Origin: Lepidodermella squamata
Taxonomy: Eukaryota; Animalia; Gastrotricha
Reading direction: 5' to 3'
Assembly (NCBI GenBank): GCA_047495785.1
Contig: JBLDXI010000029.1
Span: forward strand, 1,178,001 to 1,242,000
DNA: 64,000 nt
Below, in pieces: positions 12,339-24,116 of this stretch; position 1 is the stretch's first letter; every line of letters begins with the position of its first letter. The notes beneath the pieces were generated by a model, which saw nothing but the letters and a program-made list of their open reading frames with translations, was not told where the DNA came from and searched no databases. A program made the position numbers and the translations under genes.

Positions 12339-15300
12339 ATGGATCCAAATGTTTTGAACGAATTGGCGGTGTGTTTGCAAAACACGCTGTCGCCCGATGC
12401 CACGGTCCGCCGAGCCGCTGAGCGAATGCTAGAAAGTGGCGAAGCTCAACGCGGTTTCCCGATTATGCTTCTGATGCTAGCAAAGGCCGAGAACCAACCG
12501 GCTGTCGTTCAAATCACCGCTGCTGTTTCTTTCAAAAATTTCGTCAAAAAACACTGGCGAATTGTAAGTCGAAGGCGAACAACATAACCCTTCTCAAACA
12601 TTTTAATAGTGGATTTAAAGAAATTTAAATTCCAAATTCTTTAAATTCCGGAAAAAGCTTCGAATGAGGTTTTCAGGATTGAAGATTGAAAAAACTAAAA
12701 TTTGAAATTCATTTGGCCGTGTTATCTTGAATTTTGTTTGTAAAATTTTTAGAAAATCAAAGCTAGGTATTCCCCTCCAATAATTCATGAGTTGTTTTCT
12801 GATTTTTTAGACCGAAAATCGGGATGATGTGGTTGGCGAGGACATTCGCGCCCAAATTCGCGGCTCAATCATCGAAATCATGCTATCAAGCTCTGACAAA
12901 ATCCAGAAGCAAATCAGCGAAGCTATCGGCTTGATCGGCATCCGCGACTTCCCAAAACGCTGGCCTGATCTGGTCGCCCAGTTGGCGAACCAACTCAACG
13001 CAAATGGCCGATCCAATATCCGAACAGCCAAGGGCATTCTCCAAACTGCCAGCTCTTTATTCTCTCGTTACCGCAACGAATTTCAAACGGAAGAGTTGAT
13101 TCGCGAAATTCTGCTGGTTCTGCAAGATTTCGCGCAGATTTTCACTGATTTCGCGTCGTTTTTGGTCGGCGTTGTCGTCGAAGCGCCGGCTGGTGTTACG
13201 CCTGATATGCTAAACTGTTTACACCTGGTCGCTGATATTTTTTACAGCCTTAATTGCCAGGTTTGATAAATGACTTTGAAGCCAGTTTTGTCTTATAAAA
13301 TTATTTTTTTCAAGGATTTGCCCGAATTTTTTGAAATCAACATGCAAACTTGGATGGCGCATTTCGACAAGTTGCTGAAGCTGCAATTGCCGGCGAATAT
13401 CGGTGAGCCGAGTGAAGGCCGAACCCTCGACGAGGTGAAATCAGCCGTTTGCGAGTCGGTTGCTATGTACGCGCAAAAGTACAGCGAGGAATTTTCGCCC
13501 TACCTACCGACTTTTGTCACCGATATTTGGCAAGTGCTTGAGGCGGCTGGTCAAAAGGCGAAATGCGATCAATTGGCGTCGACTGCCATCCAATTTTTGG
13601 CCTCAATTGCCGACCGCCCGGCTTATGCCAACCTGTTCGCTGATCCGACTGCGCTTCAGTCGATTTGCCAAAACGTCGTACTGCCTAATTTGTACTTCCG
13701 TGAGGAGGACGAGGAGGATTTTGAAGACAACCCTGAGCAGTATATCAGGGCCGATCTCGAGGGGGCTGATGCGGATACGCGCCGTCGAGCGGCGTGTGAG
13801 CTCGTTAAATCGCTGAATCGGTCGTTTGAGTCGCAACTCGTCGCTCACTTTTCGCAATATATCGTCGGAATGCTGAACGTGAGTCTTGAAAATACTTCGA
13901 ATTTTTTTTCACAAATTTTCAAATTTGTCATAAACCAAATTCGTAGCTTTCTAGAAATTCATTTGAATATTTTGTTTGAATTTGGAATTATTGAACTACG
14001 CGAGAAAATGCCTTTTAATAGTATAAGTTTTGTCGCAATCCAAGCCAAATTGAGTGAGTTAATTTGCAGAGTTTTTCGATTATTTCTTGAACTTGGTGAT
14101 TTCTCGATGAAAAATAAGCTCGATTATCAGTTTTTGACCTATCTTTATTTTTGTTCTTGTGAATTGTAGAAATACTTGGAGAACAAGGCCGTCAATTGGA
14201 AATGCAAGGACAGTGCGATTTACTTGGTCACCTCAATCGCCAGCAAAGGCGCCACCCAAAAGCACGGCACCACCAAGGCTAGTGAACTCGTCAACGTTCA
14301 AGATTTCTACGTTCAACACATCCTGCCCGATATCGCCGATCCCGATGGTAAATTCATTATTTTCAATATTTTTTGTAATTTAATATTTTTCAAATTTGAT
14401 ATTCATGTATAATTTTCGATTTTTCTCTCTTTTTTTTAGTCAACGCTCTGCCGGTAATTAAGGCGGATGGCCTCAAATTTGTGGTCACCTTCCGCGGCCA
14501 ACTCAGCGCCGAGCAGCTGATGCAAGCCATCCCATGCGCAATCGCCCTCCTCCAGTCGAAATCCGTCGTTGTAATGTCGTACGCCGCTCATCTGCTCGAG
14601 CGACTCTTCATCATGAAAGCCGCCGGGCCGGACGGCGTCAACCGCCCCATCATCGCGCCCGAATTCCTCGACGCCCATGCTAACGCTCTATTCCAAACCC
14701 TCTGCAACGTGGTGCTAGTTCGGCCTGAAACCGCCGAGAGTGTCTACGCCGTTCGAGCCTTACTACGAGCCATTTGGCTATTGGAAGAGCGATCGCTGTC
14801 TCGAGTCGATGCTTTCGTCCTGCCGAGGTTGAGCGAACGCATTGTCACGATCAGCCGAAATCCGAGCCGGCCAGAGTTCAACCACTACTTGTTCGAAACC
14901 GTGTGTGTCTGCTGTCACGTAGCGTGCCGCAAATCAGCGGCTGGCATTTCGGCTCTGGCTGCGCTTGAGAAGGCCCTGCTGCCCTGTTTCCAGACCATAG
15001 TTCAAAGCGATGTTCAAGAATTTCTGCCCTACGTATTCCAGGTTAGATTTTTATTCGCAATTTTTTGGGAATTTCGGAATCGCGAAAATCGAAAGAATTT
15101 AGCCCTGGAAAATCATATTGGCAAAAAAATTTCAGACCCGTTTTTTAATTTTTCAGGTTTTGACGCTCATGCTGGACTACAACGAACCAGGTGCGATTTC
15201 GGCGACTTACACGTCAATGCTGCCGTTTTTCATGCAGCCGCTGTACTGGGAGCGTACCGGCAACATCCCGGCGCTCACCCTGCTCCTGCAGGCCTACATC

Positions 15301-16488
15301 GAAAAATCACCGGCCCAAATTACCGACGAACAAATCGTCGGCATGCTGGGCATTTTCCAGAAGTTGGTTATGAACAAAACCCACGACCACGATGCGTTCC
15401 GCTTGCTGGCCGCTCTCACGAGTCACGTGCCGGCTACTCGCATGCAGGGCAATATTAAAGGTAAAAATAAAATCGCTTCGAGTTAGCCAATTTTATTTTT
15501 CATAAATGCCTTGAATTGAAATTTCTAACGAAATTTTAGTAATTTTTATTTATTTTAAGTTTTGATTTAGAGCAGTTGAATACCGAAAATACCCGAGCCA
15601 AAAACTTGAGTCTTCCCGGTAAATTCTAGGTTTTTCGGTGAATGGAAGATATGGAATTTTCTTGTAAGGTTTAGGGCTAAAAGAATTGAAAACTTGTCTA
15701 AAAAATTAGCAAAATCGAAAAATTTGCACTGGAAAAATTCTGAAGAAATCATTTTAATCTGGAAAAATTATTAATTAAATTTTATCAATGTTTCTGGTTT
15801 AACGTTGTTTTTTATTTAAGGTGTGTTTACCATCCTGCTCCAGCGTTTATCAACAAGCAAAACTCCGAAATTTTTGCGTGGCCTGCTGCTGTTCCTCACC
15901 GCTTTCGTGCGCCTGCCGCAGTGGGGCGGCGGCGATTTCCTCGTCGAAGTTTTCGACCAAATCCAACCCAACCTATTCGGCATGTTGATCGAACGCGTTT
16001 TCCTGACCGAAGCCATCAAAGTCCAAGGCTGGCCATCTCGCTTCCGCATCGCCAAGGGCCTCGCCGCTATTATCGGCTCAAACCGGTTCGCAGAGACCTA
16101 CCGCAACAACTGGGCTAATGTCGTCGAATTGGCCGTTCAATTGGTCGAAACGCAGCAGGACGCGAACGATAACGACGATGACGGCGACGTTTTCGCCGGT
16201 GATATCGAAGAAATGGCTGGCTATGAAGCGGCCTTCTCGCAACTGGCCTTCGCCAGCCGGCGCGGGGAGTCCGCCAGCGGCACCCCGGCCCCGGTCCCAT
16301 CTGCCGGTGGCGCCCATTGGGAGTCGTTTGCGAAGGCCCAGATCGAACTACGCGGCGATTTGGCGAAGTCAGTCAACGCTCATTTGGCTAAAGTTGCGGC
16401 GAACTCGCCGGTTCCGATTGCGACGGCGTTCTCGCCCGGTGCTAAGAGCGCGTTGGTTAGCTACGGTGTCCCGCTAGCTACGGCCTGA
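12339..16488 (+). CDS. CSE1L: Exportin-2 (CSE1/CAS); about 7 exons
   Basis: IBN_N start (TLSPDATVRRAAER; FKNFVKKHW), DFPKRWPDL, DLPEFFE, FEDNPEQYIRADLEGADADTRRRAACELV, NPSRPEFNHYLFE, EFLPYVFQ, GYEAAFSQLAFA. Confidence 0.95.
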
Positions 16489-17584
16489 TGGAATGAAACT
16501 TTAGAAGAAATTAACCGCGCTATCTCTATCTCTCTTCATCTTTCATCACACGCATTCAATTGTCTTATTACGTTCTAAAAAAGCTTCATTTTTTTCTCAT
16601 AAATTCGTTCATTTTTGTCCTCTCGGTGATATATATCCTACGTATAATTTGAAAGGAACGGTGTGTAGCAATTTGAAATTGCGCTAAAACGTAACTATCT
16701 CGGTGTTTATTGCACGGATGTTCGAATGTTCGAGTAAAAGACGTACACGACACGCTTTGTCATTTATTTTTCGTCATGAATAGTCTCACAAAATTAAAAC
16801 CGAAAAGTTCAAAAGTTGTTAATTTAGTATAAATAATGGAATTTCTAAAAAATTATTGGAAATTTTGTAGAATTTTGTAGAGGGGAACAATGTTCAGTGA
16901 ATTTTACAGATTTCATAAGATTTTTAGAATCCAGCATTTCCTATATTATTCTAAAATCTGATGTCATTTGGTCATATTCCGTTATTCGGATTTGAAAAAG
17001 TTCTCAAATTTCATTTTGATTTTAGGATTTTGAAAAGCTTTGATGGTCCAATTTTTCAAGTTTTCGAGAAGAATTGATTGAAGGATTTGATGAAATAACG
17101 TTTAGGCGATTTGCAAAATTCTTTGTTTTCTCGAATTGATGCAAATGATAGCTTTCATATTCGTGGGATTTGATGGGGACAATTTGTATTTCAACAAAAT
17201 TTGACCTATAATATAAGTAATCTTGCATTTTTGAATATATTTTAGTAGATTTGTTAGATTTCTAGAAAATTCGCGAATTTTACTATAATAACGAAAATTT
17301 GAAGTTTCTGAAGGATGAGCCAATTTTCTTAGTTGTGATAGGGCTTTCGATGAAATCTGAAAATTTCGAAGTTTTTCGACTTGATTGATCGAATTGGGAT
17401 GCGTGCATAAAATCAAAATTTTCATTTTCAAATCGATTGGAAGAAATTCGGTACAAAATTCTGCTAACGAAAGGATTTGGTGTTCCTCAAGCTAATTTCA
17501 TTTTTTTCTCGTTTTTAGGGTTATTAAAAGAACCAAATTGGTTGAACGCGAGGAACCTGCCCAACTCTCGCGTGCGGTTGTTCT

Positions 17585-20500
17585 ATGAAGAGGACGCTCT
17601 CGTCTGTGCAGACGGACGAACAGGCGCAAGCGTTGAACTGCAGCAACTTCCTGATCTCGAGCGTCGGCGACGCCCTGGCCACGTCCGTCGCCGCGCTCTC
17701 CGCCCACTCCCCGCCCCTGCCCTGCGAGTGCTACATCGACCAGCTGCCTAACGAAGTGCTCGAACTCATCCTGTACTACCTACGGCCGTATGGCGATGCG
17801 CAAAATGCAGGCCTGGTCTGCAAACGCTGGAACCGCATATGCAAGGCGCTGCTCAATCGCCGGCGGCGCGATTTCGCCGAATCGGCGAACAACGGCCGGC
17901 TGTACGCGACTGTGTACGACCTGCCGGAGGGCCCGGCTGCTAGGTACACGCATAGTTGCGTCTACCACCGCGGGTCGCTGTACGTATTCGGCGGGTCGAA
18001 TACGGAGTCGGCGACTTTCAACGACCTGTGGCGGTTTGATTTGAATTCGCGCAGCTGGTTTCGTGTCATTGCGCAGGGCACGCCGCCGTCGCCGCGGTCT
18101 ATGGCCACCCTGGTGCCGTTTGGCGACGAGTTGCTGCTATTCGGCGGCTGGCATCCGCCTCCTCCTGCTCAGGTTTGTTACAGATTGCCCTGTCCTAAAT
18201 TCACTAAGGCTGAACCGGTCGTTGAGTTTATGTAATTTTTACGGATAATTAACAAATTTTTTGAAAATAAAATATCCTGGAATAGCAGCCCGGGCCTATA
18301 AATTCTGTATCTCTAATAATTGAAAAATCTCATAATGTTTTTTGGCATTTTATTTTGGTAAAATGTGTATTTTTGGGCCACATTTTTTCGGGTTTTGTGG
18401 ACCCTATTCTTACCATTTGGAGGGCATTTAAATAATATGGCTGGTGAGATGAGGAAATTTACTTTGACCGTCAGCAAATAGGAATCAACGGCAGAGGCCC
18501 AGGAATTTCAATCTCGGAAGCAGTGCCAAACCGCCTAAGCGAAAGGATTGCTTGTAGTACGTTGTAGCCCCTGCAGCGTCGTCTTTCGGCACAATGATCA
18601 CGAATATCGATGGTTCCACTTTATCGCTTGAAATACGTCTATTGGCGGTGTTACATATGAGACATACGGTATAGGGATGAAATTTTTTTGAAAGTTTTGA
18701 AGAATTTTACACCGACTTTGGCCGGCCTCTTCACTCCGCCCTCGTCAGCCTAATTCAGGCCAATCGAATTTCGCAATTTGGCGAAGATCCGATAGGGAAC
18801 CGACTTCTTATTTAGTTAGTAAATTGTGTTATTCTGATGCGAGATTAATGGCAGCGCCATCCAAGTAGTCAATAACGCTCAGTTTCTTTTCGAGCAACTT
18901 TGCAGCTAATTTCGCCAAGTTTTTGTTCACGTGCTCATACTTTTTTTCGGGCAAGCAAGGTCTTCGCCCGAAATTTGCTGCAGCAGTTTACCGCGAGCAT
19001 CGGTTTCTTCGCCCAGAATCAAATCGATGAAGGCCTAGAAGGACAGGTGACAGGTGCAGGTTATGGTTGATTTTATTATGGCACCCTTCGACGGCGTTAT
19101 TAGTACGGACATCCTGACCGAAAACCGTCCATTCTTCCGGCTTTGCGGTTGCCATCCAATGATTTTCAAAGTAATCGTCGAAATTCTTACTTTCAAATCT
19201 TGTGATGGCAACCATGGTAACTCGCTGTGTTGAAAAACTGTTCGATCACCGCACACGGATGCGGGAATTGAAAACACGTAATGCGCCACCTTTGAGAGGA
19301 GTGGAAATGAAACTTCCACCAGTCATAAACAGGTTCGCATGTTGCAAGTTCCATCAGGTCGTGACTATCTGGATACGCATGTAAGACGTAAAGGTGGATT
19401 TCTTCGAGCAGTGGAAACAGCTACCCAAAACCGTCTTCCCGTGGGCAACAGACCCTGAATCACTTCGTGTATGGTAATAAATACCATTGGTTTTGACTGT
19501 GAGGTGTGAATCAAATTGTAAAAAATCAATTAGGGATCACCACGGTAATTTATTTAAAATTAAAATTCGCCGACGTTTCGATGTAAAAACATCATCATCA
19601 GGGCTAAAATCCTGAATCGTTCAAACATTCTATAAATGCTCTAGGCCTTACCTTTTGACACCACCCGAAAGGGGGCTGAATATTATGCATAAATAAAAGA
19701 AAAGTAATTTCATTGGGATAAGTTCAATTTTCTACAAACAATTAAAGAGATAGTTGCGCTGTAGATTTTTGTAGATTGTGGAAGATTTCTCATTTTTTCG
19801 CCTGTTTTATGCGGAATTTGAAATTTTTTGTGTTATAGGTCAGCCCCGGGCAGTACCAGCCGCGGTTCTTCGCCGACCTCGACGTGTTCAACACGCGAGC
19901 CGAGCGGTGGGAGCGCGTGTTCAGCCTGCCATCACCCATGCCCGTGTGCGCGCACTCGGCCGTCGTGCTCGACCGCGCGCGCCTTATGGTCGTCTTCGGC
20001 GGCTTCCACATCCAGCGCCGCGTGTCGAACCGCACCAGCGTGTTCCGCCTGCAAGAACGCGTGTGGGAGGTCGAAGAACGCGTCGAAGGCCCGCGGCCCG
20101 ACCCGCGCTACGGCCACTCGTGCACGCTCGTCGACGACGAGCACATGATCATTGTCGGCGGGTCGACGATGGCGAGCGACGACGCGGGCGCGTTGCTGCG
20201 AGATGTCTGGATGCTCACCATGCCTAGTCACTCCCATAACTCGAACGATGAAATAACGCGACCGGCGTGGCGGTGGACGAAAATCGAGGTGCATGACGAG
20301 CACCTAGCCCCACCTACCCTTTGGGTGCTGTCACCCACCCGCGTCTCCGGCTGCATGGTCTACTTCAGCAAGTTGTCTGATGCGATGTTTCAGCAGTACG
20401 CGCAGTACTGGGCGGCGAGGGCGAATGCGTTGGCTGCGTCTTCGAGTGCCCTTTCGCCGGAGCCGGTTGGCCGGAAGTTGCTGCCCGTGGCGACGGGTGG

Positions 20501-23300
20501 GCAGCAGGGCGGCCGGGCTGGACGGTCGATGCGGCGCTTGGAGCAGCTCGAGAAGTATTTGGTCAAGCGGAAGGTGGGCGATGTCCGCGAGCTGCCCGAG
20601 TCGATTTTGCGAGCCCGGTTGCGAGCGTTGCCTCACTTTCTCGACATCTCAACTGCTGTATCAGGTTAGCTACATTTTTAATAGGTATTATTTCTTCCAA
20701 TTCCACAGCGTGTCCCATGAGTAACGCAAACAAGGGAAAATGGATCAGAAACTCTAAAATGAGAGGGGGCTGTATCTCATGGGCAGAAAAGTCTAAAATG
20801 CCATAAGAATAGTATTAAAGTATTTCTCTTGTGAATGGGATTGAACAAATCCGAAGAAATTTGATCCAACAAAGTAAAACCGAAAATTACCGAATAAATC
20901 ATCACTCAGGGTTTTCTCCGGTAATTTTTTCGGTTAAATCGTTCTTCTTTACCGGTGCACCAGTCGATCATTGGCGCCTGTTGTATTCCCTTTCCTCAAA
21001 TTCAATTTTGGCTTGTGTTGGAGCTAGGGGTGTGTTTTTAAAGTCCGATTCGAAGGAAGTCCTAGTAGGCTGATAGGTCCGAATATTTTTTGAACAAAAC
21101 TGATGGCATCGTGCCGTGAGGATTTTCAATTTTAAAAAACAAGAGAAAGCCAGCATCGATACAAAAATTATGCAAAATGCAAGCAGCAGCGACAGCAATC
21201 GGGACGAAATGAGTGTCAAAATCGTCAAATCAAAACGTCCACGTTGGTGTCGCTTGCATTGCGATCCGTACGCTACAAGAAATAAACATACGGTTCCAGC
21301 GTTGAGTCGTCTTTGGTTTTCCAGCGATTTTCATGGGCGGCTAAAAATGAAGAAAATTATACCCAGAGATAATATCGCGAAACCGATCATTTTTCTTACG
21401 AATGTTGCCTTGTTGAATGGCTTAGTCGATAGCTTGAAATACTGGGTTGGCCATTTTTCGGTTTTCCCGAGTCGTTCGAACCTGCTCCTGCTTTGAGTGC
21501 TTTGCACGATTGCCGAGATCCTACTCTTAATGCGACGAAGTCGCTGCTTACTTTGGCAACTTGTTACTAGACCTTTTAATGTATAGCGCGTAATTCGAGG
21601 AGAAAATTCAATGGACATGGAATAATAAATTAGCAATGATATTAGAATCGTCACCTTTGCCGATTGTTTAAATTCAAGAGCTCACAGACTTCATAGCATA
21701 GCATAGCATAGCATTTTCTTTATTTTATCTTTTCCTTGATCAACAATAACATAATAATAACAATTGAGTTCAAGTACAGAAACGAAGAAACAAAAATGAG
21801 AAGGAAAAATGATAAAATAAAATTCACTCCGGTGTACCCAATTCGCCGGGCGTGATGTAAATTTTGTTCACGCCAAGCGAACCGAGTGTCGGAGGAGGAC
21901 CGACAGACTTCTTGGAGGGAAATGCACGTGGCGCATTTGAAACCATCACGTTCATAAATTATCAAACCTCTCAGACCACTCGGACTTGAAAAACACACCT
22001 CTGCTTATGAATACTGATTCCGTCCCAGTTTTCTTTTGCGAAGCTGGGGAGCTTTTTCAAAGAACAGCCGTCTGTCAGAAGCATATTTTAGCTCAAGGAT
22101 AATTTTCGCATCGGAGTTATCCTTCTTGATCAAGTTGGTTCGAACGACGCGCTCCTTGACGTCGAAGTGCCGAGACTTTCGACCAGAGTCGATTAAGAAT
22201 GATAGATTTACCGGAACATGCAGAATGTTTCTGCTGATATCATGGAGTACACTTCTCTGCTCATTACGTCTTTCCTGAGCTGCTAAACGTTGTTCAATGT
22301 TGATTCGTTCTTCGGCAACGAATAAGTGGTCGGCTACCACCTCATTACAAATTCAACAGTACCTAAATTAAGATTAGGAAGCACTTGAGCGTCAGGCAAA
22401 CGTAAGCAACGTAGGCATGATAGAAGGAGGCTCCGCAGCATCTTAGACGAAGGTGGTTCAGAAAAGGCTTTGGAGATATTTCCATCTGGGACACCCAGCC
22501 TGGAAACAACAAGGCACAGGCCCCATTCGGTTCCCTCCGTAATCAGTTGAATAACATTTTAAATTTTGCGATTGAGAAGAGTTTTCAAGATTGCTGAAAA
22601 CTAACGGTCGTCCCTGCTTGAGCCATCGATAGCAAATAACCTGAAACCAGTATCACCAATGAGAAAAGAACCTGGTTTTTCAAGCGGTTACGCCCTTGAA
22701 GTTGAAAAGTGATTGGGCTCATCACAGTTCTCAGTTGCAGAAAGTTCACCTAGCCTGCTGGTAACTTCGCGATAATGCCTCGAGCTTCTTCCATGTTTAA
22801 CTTGGAAATGGCAGATTTGCACCGACCGTCCAAAAATGCTATGAGACGTCCATTAGCGGTGCTAATCGATGCGTCAGTGTTAAGCAAGAATACGAATACC
22901 AAAAAGAAAGAATGGCCTATAATCGCCTAAAAACTTCGGAAAAATAATATGGGAATAAGTAATGGGCAAAAAGTGTGTCCCAAAAGTAACATGACTGCGG
23001 AAATTATATTTCTCCATGGCTATTCCCTTATTTTCCACTTTTTTTCATCATTTTTTCTGTTTTCTAGCGGGCAGTGTGCGATGGCTGGCGCCGACGTTTG
23101 CGATTCCGCCCGGCGCCGCGCCCGACCAGTCGCTGTTCCACACGATCTCGGCGACGCCGTACGAGGCGGTGATTTTCGGCGGCCTGCAGACGGACCTCAT
23201 TCTGCTGACGAGCCAGGACCCGATGTCGAGGCCCGCGTGCCGCCGCATCGTCCTCCTGCACGCGCTGCCCTTCAACGAGTTCAGCTCGCCATCGCTCTAA
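17585..23300 (+). CDS. FBXO42: F-box/kelch-repeat protein (FBXO42-like); exons about 17585-18172, 19839-20664, 23070-23300
   Basis: F-box IDQLPNEVLELILYYL...VCKRW followed by kelch repeats (LYVFGG, TFNDLWRFDL, PSPRSMATLV, LLLFGGW, PDPRYGHS, LLRDVW, AVIFGG). Confidence 0.85.
18850..19215 (-). mobile_element. Mutator (MULE) transposase remnant in FBXO42 intron 1
   Basis: FDDYFENHWM...PEEWTVFGQDVRTNNAVEGCHNKIN matches the MULE C-terminal RTNNxxEGxH motif; the frame is disrupted downstream. Confidence 0.75.
19230..19420 (-). mobile_element. hAT transposase C-terminal dimerisation-domain remnant (frameshifted)
   Basis: LLEEIHLY...PVYDWWK, then a frameshift into FPLLSKVAHYVFSIPAS: the hAT dimerisation signature (WWK...FP.L...A...SIPA). 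Confidence 0.7.
19566..19607 (-). ncRNA. Minimal type I hammerhead ribozyme (Penelope-like element pLTR remnant)
   Basis: Minus strand reads GCC-CTGATGA-T-GATGT-TTTT-ACATC-GAAAC-GTC-GGC: both core boxes, a 5-bp stem II, GCC/GGC stem I and a GUC cleavage triplet, with AATAAA just downstream. Confidence 0.75.
21692..21713. repeat. (ATAGC)n microsatellite
   Basis: atagcatagcatagcatagcat. Confidence 0.9.
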
Positions 23301-24116
23301 ATCATAAATTCATACAAAAATAGCACCTAATTGATCTTTTATTGCTAATTTCGATCAAAATAAATAGACATTGTTGCCCGCAATATTGTAACTTCAATAA
23401 AACACGTGAATATTAACTGTTTCCTAATTAAATTGTCAAAATTGAATTATTTTAGAATTCAAGGTGGATTTTTTTGTCAAACCAACGCCAATTTTATTAT
23501 TTTCGCAAGAGAAGAACTCAATCGCATTAGAATGTATGTGCACCTTTTCACCAGGCATGTTTAGTAGTTACTTCCTTTCCTTGAAGTTTTAAAGTATTAA
23601 TCAGCGATTTTGTTCCTGTCAATTGGTTATGATTCTGTTGATGTTACAATTTTGCGCAACCGTCCTGCTGATAAAAATGCAATTTTTCACGATTATTTAA
23701 AAATTGTTAAAAAATACTAATTAATTTAATTGTTCGTTGCAAAGTATTTCAGACCTGGTTCATAATTTTCTAGCTTTAAAGTAATGTGTTATATTAATCG
23801 TGGTCATAATTTTTGTAAATAACGCCGTCGAATTACAATCAGGACTTCCTATATATTTCTTGTGTTTGTTTTGTATATCAAATCGACGATGCGGTCATGT
23901 TCAGTTTTTCGCTCAATTTCGGACTCACATCACGACGCTTGACAATGTTATTGAAGAAAAAAATGACAAATAAAACGATTTGTTCTCGCGATGCTGCGTT
24001 GTTTGTTTTGTTGTTTTACGCGCATTGAAGGCTTTAATCGGGGCTGGTCACGGAAAAATCGCAGCACCTACGCAACTGGTGCGCGGGGTTTGATTTTCGA
24101 GGGAAAAATAGTAAAA

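Noticed and set aside
19778-20724. Multiple long overlapping ORFs on both strands in FBXO42 and CSE1L exons
   Set aside because: Expected from GC-rich codon usage that depletes stop codons in alternative frames.
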